Position numbers and translations under genes: made by a program. 64,000 nt of DNA. Origin: Myxococcota bacterium (GTDB taxonomy: Bacteria > Myxococcota_A > Polyangia > Nannocystales > Nannocystaceae). This document shows positions 38,363 to 47,047 of the stretch, piece after piece; position 1 is the first letter of the stretch; every line of letters begins with the position of its first letter. The notes below the pieces were generated by a model. It did no database searches. It saw only the letters and a program-made list of their open reading frames with translations, and was not told the DNA's origin. The stretch is from positions 82,596-146,595 of the forward strand of contig JBCCHT010000033.1 of NCBI GenBank assembly GCA_039028615.1, read 5' to 3'.

Positions 38363-40405
38363 ATGAACGCCCCGGAGATCGAGTCACGCCTGCACGACTA
38401 CAGCCGTGACGAGCTGGTCGAGCTGGTCACCCGCGCCAACGCCGAATACTGGGACACCCACAATCCCAGCCTGCCCGACACGCTCTACGACCGTCTCGTC
38501 GAGCGGCTGCGCGACCTCGATCCCGACGCGCCGATCTTGCAGAGCATGGGCCCCTCGGCCCCTAGCGGCCCCACCATCGACGCGGACGAGGTCGTGCGCC
38601 TCGACCCCACCGAACGCTTCGGCACCGCGGTCCGGCACACCCGCCCCATGCTCTCGCTGGACAAGGCCTACTCGGCCGAAGAGGTCTCCAGCTGGGCCGA
38701 GAAGTTCGAGGGCGACATGATCGTGATGCCCAAGCTCGACGGCATCGCGTGCAGCATCCGCTACGACGCCGAGGGCCGGCTCGAGCTGGCCGCCACCCGC
38801 GGCTCGGGCACCGAGGGCGAGGACATCACCGCCAACGTGCTGCAGATCGAGTGCGTGCCGTCGAAGCTCCCGGCCGGCGTCGGCCCGCTCGAGGTCCGCG
38901 GCGAGATCTACATGAAGCTGTCGGTCTTCGAGCGCTTCAAGGGCGAGTTCTCCAACCCCCGCAACCTCACCGCGGGCGCCGTGCGCAACAAGGACCAAGC
39001 CAAGGCCAAGCGCTTCGGACTGAGCTTCGGCGCCTACGACCTGCTCGAGCCGGGCCTCGCCAGCGAGCGCGACAAGATGGACCGCATGAAGGCCTTGAGC
39101 CTCCCCGCGGTCGACCACCACTTCGTCGACCGCGAGGGCATCGCGGAGATCTTCGAACGCTTCTCTCGCGAGCGCCCCGACCTCGACTACGAGATCGACG
39201 GCATCGTCTACCGCACCGACCGGGTCGACGAGCAAGAGCGCATGGGCTCCACCGCCCATCACCCGCGCTTCGCCATCGCCTTCAAGTTCCAGGGCGACAC
39301 GGGCGAGACCACGCTGCACGACGTCGAGTGGGGCGTGTCGCGAACGGGCACCATTACCCCCATGGCCATGCTGGAGCCGATCGAGCTTTCCGGGGCCATG
39401 ATCTCCCGCGCGGGGCTGCACAACCTCACCCGCTTTCGCGCCCTGGGCCTGACCCGCGGCGCCCGGGCCGAGGTCACCCGCCGCGGCGGCGTCATTCCCC
39501 ACGTCGAGCGCGTGGTGAAGGCCGGCCCCGGCAAAGAAGCCTTCGAGATCCCCACCCACTGCCCCGCCTGCGACAGCGAGGTGGTCGTGAGGCAGAAGCG
39601 CGATGGCGAGTTCTTGCAGTGCGCCAAGCCGGAGAAGTGCACCGTGGCCCGCCTGCGCGAGCTGGAGCACTTCGCCAAGGTCGTCGACATCCAGGGCTTC
39701 GGCCCCAAGATCATCACCGCGGTGGTCGACGCGGGCCTGCTCCAGACCTCGGCCGACTTCTATCGGCTGAAGCTCGGCGACCTCGTGCAGCTCGAGCGCC
39801 TGGCCGAAAAGAGCGCGCAGAACCTGCTCGACCAGGTCGAGGCCCATCGCGAGCTGCCCCTGCCCACCTTCCTCGAGTCGCTGGGCATCGATCACCTGGG
39901 GCCTCAAAATGCACAGCTGGTCGCGGGCGCCTTCGGCAGCCTCGCCGCCGTCCGCACGCTGACCCAAGAGCAGCTGATGGAGGTCAAGGGCATCAAGGAA
40001 GCCATCGCCGACGCGATCGTCGATGGCCTCGCCGCCCGGGCCGCGACCATCGAAGACCTGCTCACCTTGGTCACCGTGCCCGACCAGGAGATCGTCGCGC
40101 CGCCCGCCGAGGACGACCCCAAGGGCCCGCTCGCCGGTCGTAGCTTCGTGTTCACCGGGACCCTCGAGGGCTTCGATCGCAAGTCGGCCCAGGCCCGCGT
40201 CAAGGCGCTCGGCGGCGAGACCCCCTCCGGGGTCAGCAAGAGCCTCAGCGTGCTCGTGGTGGGCGCGGGTAAGGGCAAGCCCTCGAGCAAGCAGAAGAAG
40301 GCCGAGAAGTTCATCTCCGACGGCGCCAGCCTGGAGATCATCAGCGAGCAAGAGTTCGTGACCATGATGGAGCAGGCCGAGGCCGCTCCCGCGGAGGACG
40401 AATGA
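38363..40405 (+). CDS. ligA: NAD-dependent DNA ligase
   Basis: HTRPMLSLD, KLDG, TRGSG..GEDIT, EVRGE, NPRN, EIDGIV, C4 Zn finger, HhH, BRCT (FVFTGTL). Confidence 0.97.
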   Translation: MNAPEIESRLHDYSRDELVELVTRANAEYWDTHNPSLPDTLYDRLVERLRDLDPDAPILQSMGPSAPSGPTIDADEVVRLDPTERFGTAVRHTRPMLSLDKAYSAEEVSSWAEKFEGDMIVMPKLDGIACSIRYDAEGRLELAATRGSGTEGEDITANVLQIECVPSKLPAGVGPLEVRGEIYMKLSVFERFKGEFSNPRNLTAGAVRNKDQAKAKRFGLSFGAYDLLEPGLASERDKMDRMKALSLPAVDHHFVDREGIAEIFERFSRERPDLDYEIDGIVYRTDRVDEQERMGSTAHHPRFAIAFKFQGDTGETTLHDVEWGVSRTGTITPMAMLEPIELSGAMISRAGLHNLTRFRALGLTRGARAEVTRRGGVIPHVERVVKAGPGKEAFEIPTHCPACDSEVVVRQKRDGEFLQCAKPEKCTVARLRELEHFAKVVDIQGFGPKIITAVVDAGLLQTSADFYRLKLGDLVQLERLAEKSAQNLLDQVEAHRELPLPTFLESLGIDHLGPQNAQLVAGAFGSLAAVRTLTQEQLMEVKGIKEAIADAIVDGLAARAATIEDLLTLVTVPDQEIVAPPAEDDPKGPLAGRSFVFTGTLEGFDRKSAQARVKALGGETPSGVSKSLSVLVVGAGKGKPSSKQKKAEKFISDGASLEIISEQEFVTMMEQAEAAPAEDE

Positions 40406-41103
40406 GCGACGACAGCACTCCCAGCAAGCTCGACCGCGTGGTCGAGGCCCGCATGAAGCTCCGCGCCCGCTTCGAGGCCAAGATGGCGGCGACCGCCAGC
40501 GTGGCCGACGAGCGACCCATGGGCGAGGGCGAGCCCAACCGCCACGGCATGCCCAAGCTGCCGCCAGGGCAGTACCTCACGGAAAAGTGGCCCGTGCTCG
40601 ATCTGGGCAGCAAGCCGCAGATCCCCACCGAGCAGTGGACGCTCGAGGTCGACGGTGAGGTGCAAGAGCCGCTGAAGCTTCACTGGGCCGAGCTCAACGC
40701 CCTGCCGCAGGTCACCGAGGCCAGCGACTTCCACTGCGTCACCACCTGGTCGCGCATGGACATGACCTGGACCGGCGTGCGGCTGGCCGAGGTGCTCGCC
40801 CGGGCCCAGCCCACCGACGCCGCCCGCTTCGTGTTCTTCCACGGCTACGACGGCTACACCACCAACCTCCCGCTCGAAGAGGCGCTCAAGAGCGACGTAC
40901 TTTTGGGGCACACCGTCGACGGCGGCCCGCTCCCGCCCGAGCACGGCGGCCCGGTGCGGGTGATCACCCCGCAGCTGTACGCGTGGAAGGGCACCAAGTG
41001 GGTCAAGCGCATCGAGGTGCTCACCGAAGACCGGCTGGGTTTCTGGGAGCAGCGCGGCTACTCGAACACCGCACTGCCCTGGCGCAACGATCGCTACAGC
41101 TGA
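40402..41103 (+). CDS. Sulfite-oxidase-like molybdopterin oxidoreductase
   Basis: LPPGQYLTEKWPVL, DFHCVTTWS, EHGGPVR, YAWKGTKW, GFWEQRGY. Confidence 0.92.
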   Translation: MSDDSTPSKLDRVVEARMKLRARFEAKMAATASVADERPMGEGEPNRHGMPKLPPGQYLTEKWPVLDLGSKPQIPTEQWTLEVDGEVQEPLKLHWAELNALPQVTEASDFHCVTTWSRMDMTWTGVRLAEVLARAQPTDAARFVFFHGYDGYTTNLPLEEALKSDVLLGHTVDGGPLPPEHGGPVRVITPQLYAWKGTKWVKRIEVLTEDRLGFWEQRGYSNTALPWRNDRYS

Positions 41104-41115
41104 AAGCGCCGAGCC

Positions 41116-41562
41116 ATGCCCCGCCGCCCGCACGACTGTCGCCCCAACCACGGGCCCGGCCACGTCTCGAGCCAGGGCGGCAATATCGAGATCGCCGCGG
41201 GGGCCAAGGTCGAGGTCGCCCGCGGCGGACGACTCGACGTCGCCCGGGGCGGTCGCATCGAGCTCGACAAGGCGGCCAAGCTCTCGGTCGACGACGGCGG
41301 GTTGGTGGAGGTCGAACCCGGGGCGAGCATCGTCATGGGCCAGGCCTCGTCGATCTCCGTGTCCCGCAATGCGCGACTCATCGTGCGCGAAGACGGCCAC
41401 ATCGAGCTGCGCAAGGGCGGGAAGATCGTGATCTCCTCCCGAGGTGAGCTGGTGGTGGCCAGCGGCAGCACGGTGGTGGTGGCCATGAGCGGAACGCTCG
41501 ACGTCGCCAGCGAAGCGGCGGTGCAGCTGCAGGGCGACGAGCCCGAGCCCGACTCGCGTTGA
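41116..41562 (+). CDS. Octapeptide-repeat beta-solenoid protein
   Basis: 15 consecutive 8-residue units, pattern x-small-x-hydrophobic-x-hydrophobic-x-x. Confidence 0.7.
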   Translation: MPRRPHDCRPNHGPGHVSSQGGNIEIAAGAKVEVARGGRLDVARGGRIELDKAAKLSVDDGGLVEVEPGASIVMGQASSISVSRNARLIVREDGHIELRKGGKIVISSRGELVVASGSTVVVAMSGTLDVASEAAVQLQGDEPEPDSR

Positions 41563-41596
41563 CGAGCCGAGCCCCGGCCTGGTACGCCCATCGACG

Positions 41597-42703
41597 ATGT
41601 CTCGCGTCGGGTTGGTCACGGTCGGATTGAGCGTAGTTCTGTCGCTGGCGTGCGATCGCGGCGGAGGCGACAAAGCCGAGGCGAGCAAGGACGAAGCGGC
41701 CAAGAAGGACGACTTCATCAAGAAGGCCGACGACGCCAAGGCCGAGGCGAAGACCGACGCCAAGGACGACTCGGGCGTGACCCCGGTGGTGCTCGAGAAG
41801 AGCCAGACCCTGCAGCACCGCCCCGAGCCGACCGACGCCAAGGTCGAGCAGAAAACCGGCGACGCCAAGGCCCCCGTCGAGCCCGCGCCTCCCGTTCCGC
41901 CCGCGCCCCAGAGCAAGCCCGACCCGAAGGTCGTCACCCTGTCCGCGCCGCCCTTCGGCTACACGCTCGTGCGCGAGGCCCCGGTGTCGTCGACCGGTCC
42001 GCAGCCCAAGCTGAAGCGCACCTCGGCCAAGCGCAACGCGGTCACCGACGTGGATGCATGGTTCGCGTCCGTCGGACTGTCCCTGCCCGTCATCTCCAGC
42101 GCGAGACCCGGTGGCCCCCCCTCCCCGAGCCTACCCGAGACGATCCCCGACGAGTTCCTGGGCGAAGCGTTCGTCACCGCGCTGAGCGATCCCGGTGGTC
42201 ATACGATCTCGTTCTACGGCCGCGGCAAGCACCTCGCCGTGGTCCGAGACTCCAAAGGTGACAGCCTCGGCGCCTTCGACTTCACCGCCTTCGAACACAG
42301 CCCCAAGGACGTCCCGGCCGATCGAGGCTTCACCAGTCAAGAGCCCGTGTGGGCCCAGGTCTCCGATGGCGTGCTCTACGTCTGCACCGGGCACCGCACC
42401 TACGCCAAGAGCTCGGGCGGGCTCACGGCCTTCGTCACCGCCCTCGAGCTTCCCACGGGCGAGCTGCTGTGGCAGAGCGACCCGCTGGTGTGCAACTCCC
42501 GGAACTTCCTGCTCGACGATGGCTGGCTCATCACGGGCTATGGCTTCACCGCCGAACCCGACTTCATCTACGTGCTCGACATGAAGACGGGCAAGACGGT
42601 GAGCAAGCAGAAACTCGAGAGCGGCCCGGACGTCTTCCTGCGCAAGGACGACACGCTGTACGTGCGGACCTACAACCGCGACTACGAGTTCACGGTGAGA
42701 TGA
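41597..42703 (+). CDS. Lipoprotein with partial PQQ-like beta-propeller
   Basis: Lipobox SLAC; ALELPTGELLWQS; YGFTAEPDFIYVLDMKTGK. Confidence 0.75.
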   Translation: MSRVGLVTVGLSVVLSLACDRGGGDKAEASKDEAAKKDDFIKKADDAKAEAKTDAKDDSGVTPVVLEKSQTLQHRPEPTDAKVEQKTGDAKAPVEPAPPVPPAPQSKPDPKVVTLSAPPFGYTLVREAPVSSTGPQPKLKRTSAKRNAVTDVDAWFASVGLSLPVISSARPGGPPSPSLPETIPDEFLGEAFVTALSDPGGHTISFYGRGKHLAVVRDSKGDSLGAFDFTAFEHSPKDVPADRGFTSQEPVWAQVSDGVLYVCTGHRTYAKSSGGLTAFVTALELPTGELLWQSDPLVCNSRNFLLDDGWLITGYGFTAEPDFIYVLDMKTGKTVSKQKLESGPDVFLRKDDTLYVRTYNRDYEFTVR

Positions 42704-42706
42704 GCT

Positions 42707-43111
42707 CTAGCCGAGGAACAGGGTCAGGAACGGCACGAAGGCGATCAGCGCGAAGATGCTGATCGCGCCGAGCATCAGCGAGCCCTTGACCCGGAAGACG
42801 ATGGCCAGCCAGCGCAGGCTTCGTTCGATGAACTGAAAGTCCTGACCCGCGGCGGCGCGACGAATGCCCGAGATGTGGCGACCGGCCTGCAACACGACGA
42901 AGGCGAAGGCCGCCAAGCCGAGGTAGTAGATGAGCGCGGGCCACTCGAACCTCTCGAGCAGCGCGGTGGCCTGAAGCGCCGCGGCGACGATACCCACGAT
43001 GCCAGCCCGCACCATCCACGTGCTGGCCTCGGCGATGGCGTCGCGCTCCTCGTCGTCGAGGGTGAGGCGGGTGTGGTCTTCGACTTCTCGATAGGGGGTT
43101 TGGGTCTGCAT
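42707..43111 (-). CDS. Membrane protein (DUF5362-like)
   Basis: Three TM helices; AIAEASTWMVRAGIVG. Confidence 0.6.
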   Translation of the reverse strand: MQTQTPYREVEDHTRLTLDDEERDAIAEASTWMVRAGIVGIVAAALQATALLERFEWPALIYYLGLAAFAFVVLQAGRHISGIRRAAAGQDFQFIERSLRWLAIVFRVKGSLMLGAISIFALIAFVPFLTLFLG

Positions 43112-43117
43112 GGCGGC

Positions 43118-43519
43118 TCAGCTCCCCCAGCGCACGAACACGGGAACGAGGACGAAGACCGCGGCGACGCAGTCGTACATGAACACTCGGGCCAGCCGCG
43201 TGAAGCCGAGCATGAGGCGCTCGTGGGCTTCGTCGGGGTCGTCATCGGCCGCGGCCTTGAAGTGCTCCGCGCTGGCCTGAATCAACAAACCCTGGCGGAA
43301 GAAGATCACGACCCCGGCCAGCTGCGCGACGGCGACGATCTGCAAGACACCGAATGTTTCAGAGAGCAGACCGAGCAGGCCGAGGCCCAAAAACAGCGAG
43401 GCGAGACCGCCGATCGCGGCCTGGATGTAGCCGACGATCAGCATCCATTTGGCGATCGTCCGAGCCGAGGCCGCGAGGCCGGCCGACAACGGTATTCGCG
43501 TCGAGCGAGCAGCATCCAT
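43118..43519 (-). CDS. Membrane protein (DUF5362-like), distant paralog of neighbour
   Basis: Three TM helices; ARTIAKWMLIVGYIQ...ASAEHFKAA...GFTRLARVF. Confidence 0.6.
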   Translation of the reverse strand: MDAARSTRIPLSAGLAASARTIAKWMLIVGYIQAAIGGLASLFLGLGLLGLLSETFGVLQIVAVAQLAGVVIFFRQGLLIQASAEHFKAAADDDPDEAHERLMLGFTRLARVFMYDCVAAVFVLVPVFVRWGS

Positions 43520-43554
43520 CGCTTCGACTCTAGCACCCGAGATCGCCACGGCAC

Positions 43555-44133
43555 CTACGCTCGCCCGACGGCTCGATAGCCGATCGCCGGATCACACGAC
43601 ACGAGCGTGTCCTCGAACGCGACCAACGCCTGTCGAAGCTCGTTGCGCCAGCGCGCGGTGGCCATGACCGTGGGCTCGGCCGTCAACATGGCGCGCACCG
43701 GATCGATCGCCCCACGATGCAGCTCGAGATACGCGTGCGCCATGGGCGAGACCTCGTCGACGTCGTGGGTCCAGTCCCACACCAGTCGCTGCCCTTCGTC
43801 GCCATCGTGGGCGAGGCACTGCCGCACCGTTCGCGCGGAGTCGATGAGCTGGGCGACCTCGCGGCGAAGCTGCGGATCGAGATGCTCGAGCTTCGGCTCC
43901 GGCCACACGGGACGGTTTTCAGCGACGGGGCTCACCGACATCCATCGCCACGCCCACGGTGCACTCATGCCCATGAGCACCACCCATAGGAGCGGCAAGA
44001 TGAACGGCCCCACGTAGAAACCGGACGACGAGTACAGAGGCAGGGTGGCAAAAGCCATGACGAGCAGCCCGGTAGCGGCGGCCCACAGGGCCATCAGCAT
44101 CACCGAGCGCCCGCAAATGCGGAGCGGTCCCAT
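43555..44133 (-). CDS. Hypothetical membrane protein
   Basis: Two N-terminal TM helices followed by a soluble domain; the upstream extension in the ORF track looks non-coding. Confidence 0.55.
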   Translation of the reverse strand: MGPLRICGRSVMLMALWAAATGLLVMAFATLPLYSSSGFYVGPFILPLLWVVLMGMSAPWAWRWMSVSPVAENRPVWPEPKLEHLDPQLRREVAQLIDSARTVRQCLAHDGDEGQRLVWDWTHDVDEVSPMAHAYLELHRGAIDPVRAMLTAEPTVMATARWRNELRQALVAFEDTLVSCDPAIGYRAVGRA

Positions 44134-44411
44134 CTGCTTGTTTGGGACACTCGGGGGCGGCACTGGGTTTTCAGTCGCCGAGCCATTGCCGATCCCGCGC
44201 GCTTCGCGTGGTTGTGGTCGGACACGAGGGAGTGCGATCAGCCACGGTGCGGGTCCCTTGCCGCACGGGCCGAACGTCGACCATCGGCCTCGCCGCGGCG
44301 ATCTGAGCCGGCCCCGCCTTCGGCGCCCATCCATCCCATCGCGGGGTCTCCTCATCTGCCGCTTGCTGGCGTCCCGAGGCGGGACCTCGTACGATTCGGG
44401 ACGAGGGCTCC

Positions 44412-45329
44412 GTGCCCGCACCCGGCATGCCCCTGCCTCTTCCCAAGCCCGACCGCCGGCCCCGCCGCCGGGTCGAACCGCGTCCCACGGTGCTGCGCGA
44501 GCCGCCGCAGCGCACGTATTCGTTCGATCCCAACGCTGCGCGAGCAGCGTGGCGCCAGGTTGCCCGCACCCGGGGCGCCCAGGGCATGCGTCTGGACGGT
44601 CGCGACGGCGGCAATCGCCTCGCCCCCATCGCGCTGGGCCTCGTGCTCGCGGTGGGTCTCGGCCTTTGGTGGAGCAGCGACGACGACCCCGCGCCCGCCG
44701 CAAAGGACAACGCGGTCGTGGCCACCGACGCCGGGAACTCGCAGTCCGATCCCCGCGCCTTTGGAGGGTCGGGCGACGAGCGCGGAGCCGAAGGCCTCGC
44801 CGCCACGCCCGAAAACGGCATCGTGCCGCCGACCTTCGCCGACTACGACGACGGCAGCGAGCCCAACCCGCTGCCCCCGTCCCTGCCCGTCTCCACCATC
44901 GCGCTCCCGCCGGGCACCTCGGCCGACAATGCGCTCGCGCTCCGCAAGCTGCCCCACAGCGTGCACGACCGGACCCCGGTCGGCGGCATCGGGGCCGAGG
45001 GCCTGCACGTCGATCGCATCACCATGGGCACCTCCTACGAGCGCCGGGCGTGCTCGGGCCCCGTGGGCAAGTTCTCGATCGAGACCGACGGCTTCGCCAA
45101 CGTCTGCTTCCGCGCCGTGCATCGCCGCGTGGCGCAGCGGGTCGTCGTGCGCTGGGAGCAGGACGGCAAGCTCCGCCGCCGCACCTTCGTCAACATCGCC
45201 GACGGCCACGCCCACCGCACCAGGGCCGCGCTGGCCCTGCGACGCAAGTACGAGGGCAACTGGACGGTCCGCATCATGTCCCCCGACGGGGTCGAGCTGG
45301 CCTCCCAGTCGTTCACGGTCAACCCCTGA
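44412..45329 (+). CDS. DUF2914-like domain membrane-anchored protein
   Basis: TM helix; C-terminal Ig-like VVVRWEQDGK..HRTRA..GNWTVRIMSPDGVELASQSFTV. Confidence 0.65.
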   Translation: MPAPGMPLPLPKPDRRPRRRVEPRPTVLREPPQRTYSFDPNAARAAWRQVARTRGAQGMRLDGRDGGNRLAPIALGLVLAVGLGLWWSSDDDPAPAAKDNAVVATDAGNSQSDPRAFGGSGDERGAEGLAATPENGIVPPTFADYDDGSEPNPLPPSLPVSTIALPPGTSADNALALRKLPHSVHDRTPVGGIGAEGLHVDRITMGTSYERRACSGPVGKFSIETDGFANVCFRAVHRRVAQRVVVRWEQDGKLRRRTFVNIADGHAHRTRAALALRRKYEGNWTVRIMSPDGVELASQSFTVNP

Positions 45330-45330
45330 C

Positions 45331-45756
45331 ATGGCCATCGAGCCCGTCACCGTCGAGATCCCCGTCGCCTGGGGAGACATGGACTCCTTCTCCCATGTCA
45401 ACAACACCGTGTACCTGCGGTGGTTCGAGTCGGCGCGCATCGCCTTCTTCGCCAAGGTCGGCGTGCCGCACACGGATGTCGCGGCTGCGCAGGCGCCCAT
45501 CCTCGCCAAGACCAGCTGCACCTTCGAGATTCCGCTGACCTATCCCGACACGGTGCGGGCCAGCGCATCCATCGGCCGGATCGGCGGCAAGAGCTTCACC
45601 ATGCTCTACCGGGTCCACAGCGTCGGTCTCGACAAACGAGCGGCGCACGGCGATGGCGTGATCGTCTGGTACGACTACGCCTCGGCTCGCTCGGCGACCA
45701 TCCCCGACGACCTGCGGCAGCGACTCGAGGCCTACCTCGAGCCGGCCGAGGGCTAG
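45331..45756 (+). CDS. Acyl-CoA thioesterase (4HBT hot-dog)
   Basis: VAWGDMDSFSHVNNTVYLRWFESARI. Confidence 0.92.
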   Translation: MAIEPVTVEIPVAWGDMDSFSHVNNTVYLRWFESARIAFFAKVGVPHTDVAAAQAPILAKTSCTFEIPLTYPDTVRASASIGRIGGKSFTMLYRVHSVGLDKRAAHGDGVIVWYDYASARSATIPDDLRQRLEAYLEPAEG

Positions 45757-45764
45757 GCGACCGT

Positions 45765-46985
45765 CTACATCGGTCGGGCGCCGCCCAGCACGAACATCGT
45801 CATGACCCCGATGATGATGTGCGACAGCGTCACGCCCACCAGCGTGCGATGGCGCGAGTAGAGCCAGCCCCATGCGAGCCCGGGGATGAACACCGCCAGC
45901 GAGTCGCTCGCGGTCGTGTACAGGTGCATCGTGGCGAAGATGAGCGACGCGAGCACGATCGCGGCCGGCCGCGCGTGGCGAATGGTCAGGATGCGCTGGA
46001 ACGACGACTGCAAGACCCCGCGGGCCACGAACTCCTGCAGCGGGCACCCGATGACATAGACCGCCATTCGGACCCCCCACGCGAGCCACAGCGAGCCGAA
46101 CATGGGGTCGTGCTCGCGGTCGTACGCGAACCAATCGAACAACGGCGTGTTGGCGTAGGTCGGATCGAAGGCCAGCATGCCCGCCTTGATCCCCACCAGT
46201 AGCGCGACGAAGAGCAACGAGAAGACGAGCGACTCGACCACCGCCCGACGCCAGCCCTTCAGGGTGACGCCCACCTCGGACAGCGGGACCTTGGAGACCC
46301 ACAGCTGCACCGCCAGCACCACCGAGAGCGGCACGAGGATCAGCGAGGTGATGACGAAGTCCGCGGGCACCAGGCCTCGCAGCTGCCGCAGCCCGTCGAC
46401 CATCAAGGCGAACACGCACAGGATGCCGATGATGTAGATGATGGTCGTGCTGGCCTTGTTGCGCAGCCGCAGGTCGTTGCGCTCGCGGCCCAGGGCGTGC
46501 GCGGTCATCTGGCCGAGCGTGCGCATCTTGTCGACCACGCCTTTGGCCAGCTCGAGCTTCACGCGCAGGAACGCCGGGTCCTCCTCGGCGAGCACGTCGA
46601 AGTCCTCGATGTGGATCTTCAGCAGCGTCGTGACGGCATCGGTCCGCACCGAGGCCGCCCGCGGGGCAGGGTCGAGCATGGACAGCTCGCCGATGGTCTC
46701 GCCCGGCGTGGACGTGGCGACCTCGAAGTCGAGGCCGGTCTCGGGATCGCGGCGGTGGATGACGACGCGCCCCTCGAGCAGAAAGTAGATCTCCTCGCCG
46801 CGCTCCCCCTCGGCCATGAGCTGCTCGCCCGCGGCCAGCACCATGACCTGCGCCCGCGCCATCAGGCGCTGAAACTGACGAGGCTCGAGCGCGGCAAACT
46901 CGGGCAAGCCCCGCACCTGTCGCTCCACCGACGGCGCGATGTTCGTGGCCGGGCTCGTTTTCGACATCTCACGCGCAGCTCTCAT
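45765..46985 (-). CDS. cNMP-binding domain fused to CPBP (CAAX/Abi) intramembrane protease
   Basis: EGERGEEIYFLLEG..GETIGELSMLDPAPRAASV; PLQEFVARG, FATMH, SH motifs. Confidence 0.85.
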   Translation of the reverse strand: MRAAREMSKTSPATNIAPSVERQVRGLPEFAALEPRQFQRLMARAQVMVLAAGEQLMAEGERGEEIYFLLEGRVVIHRRDPETGLDFEVATSTPGETIGELSMLDPAPRAASVRTDAVTTLLKIHIEDFDVLAEEDPAFLRVKLELAKGVVDKMRTLGQMTAHALGRERNDLRLRNKASTTIIYIIGILCVFALMVDGLRQLRGLVPADFVITSLILVPLSVVLAVQLWVSKVPLSEVGVTLKGWRRAVVESLVFSLLFVALLVGIKAGMLAFDPTYANTPLFDWFAYDREHDPMFGSLWLAWGVRMAVYVIGCPLQEFVARGVLQSSFQRILTIRHARPAAIVLASLIFATMHLYTTASDSLAVFIPGLAWGWLYSRHRTLVGVTLSHIIIGVMTMFVLGGARPM

Positions 46986-47047
46986 CGGCGCCTCCCCGAC
47001 GGGGGGAGTACCCACCGCTCGGGAAACTCTTCACGCGAAGTTGAAGA

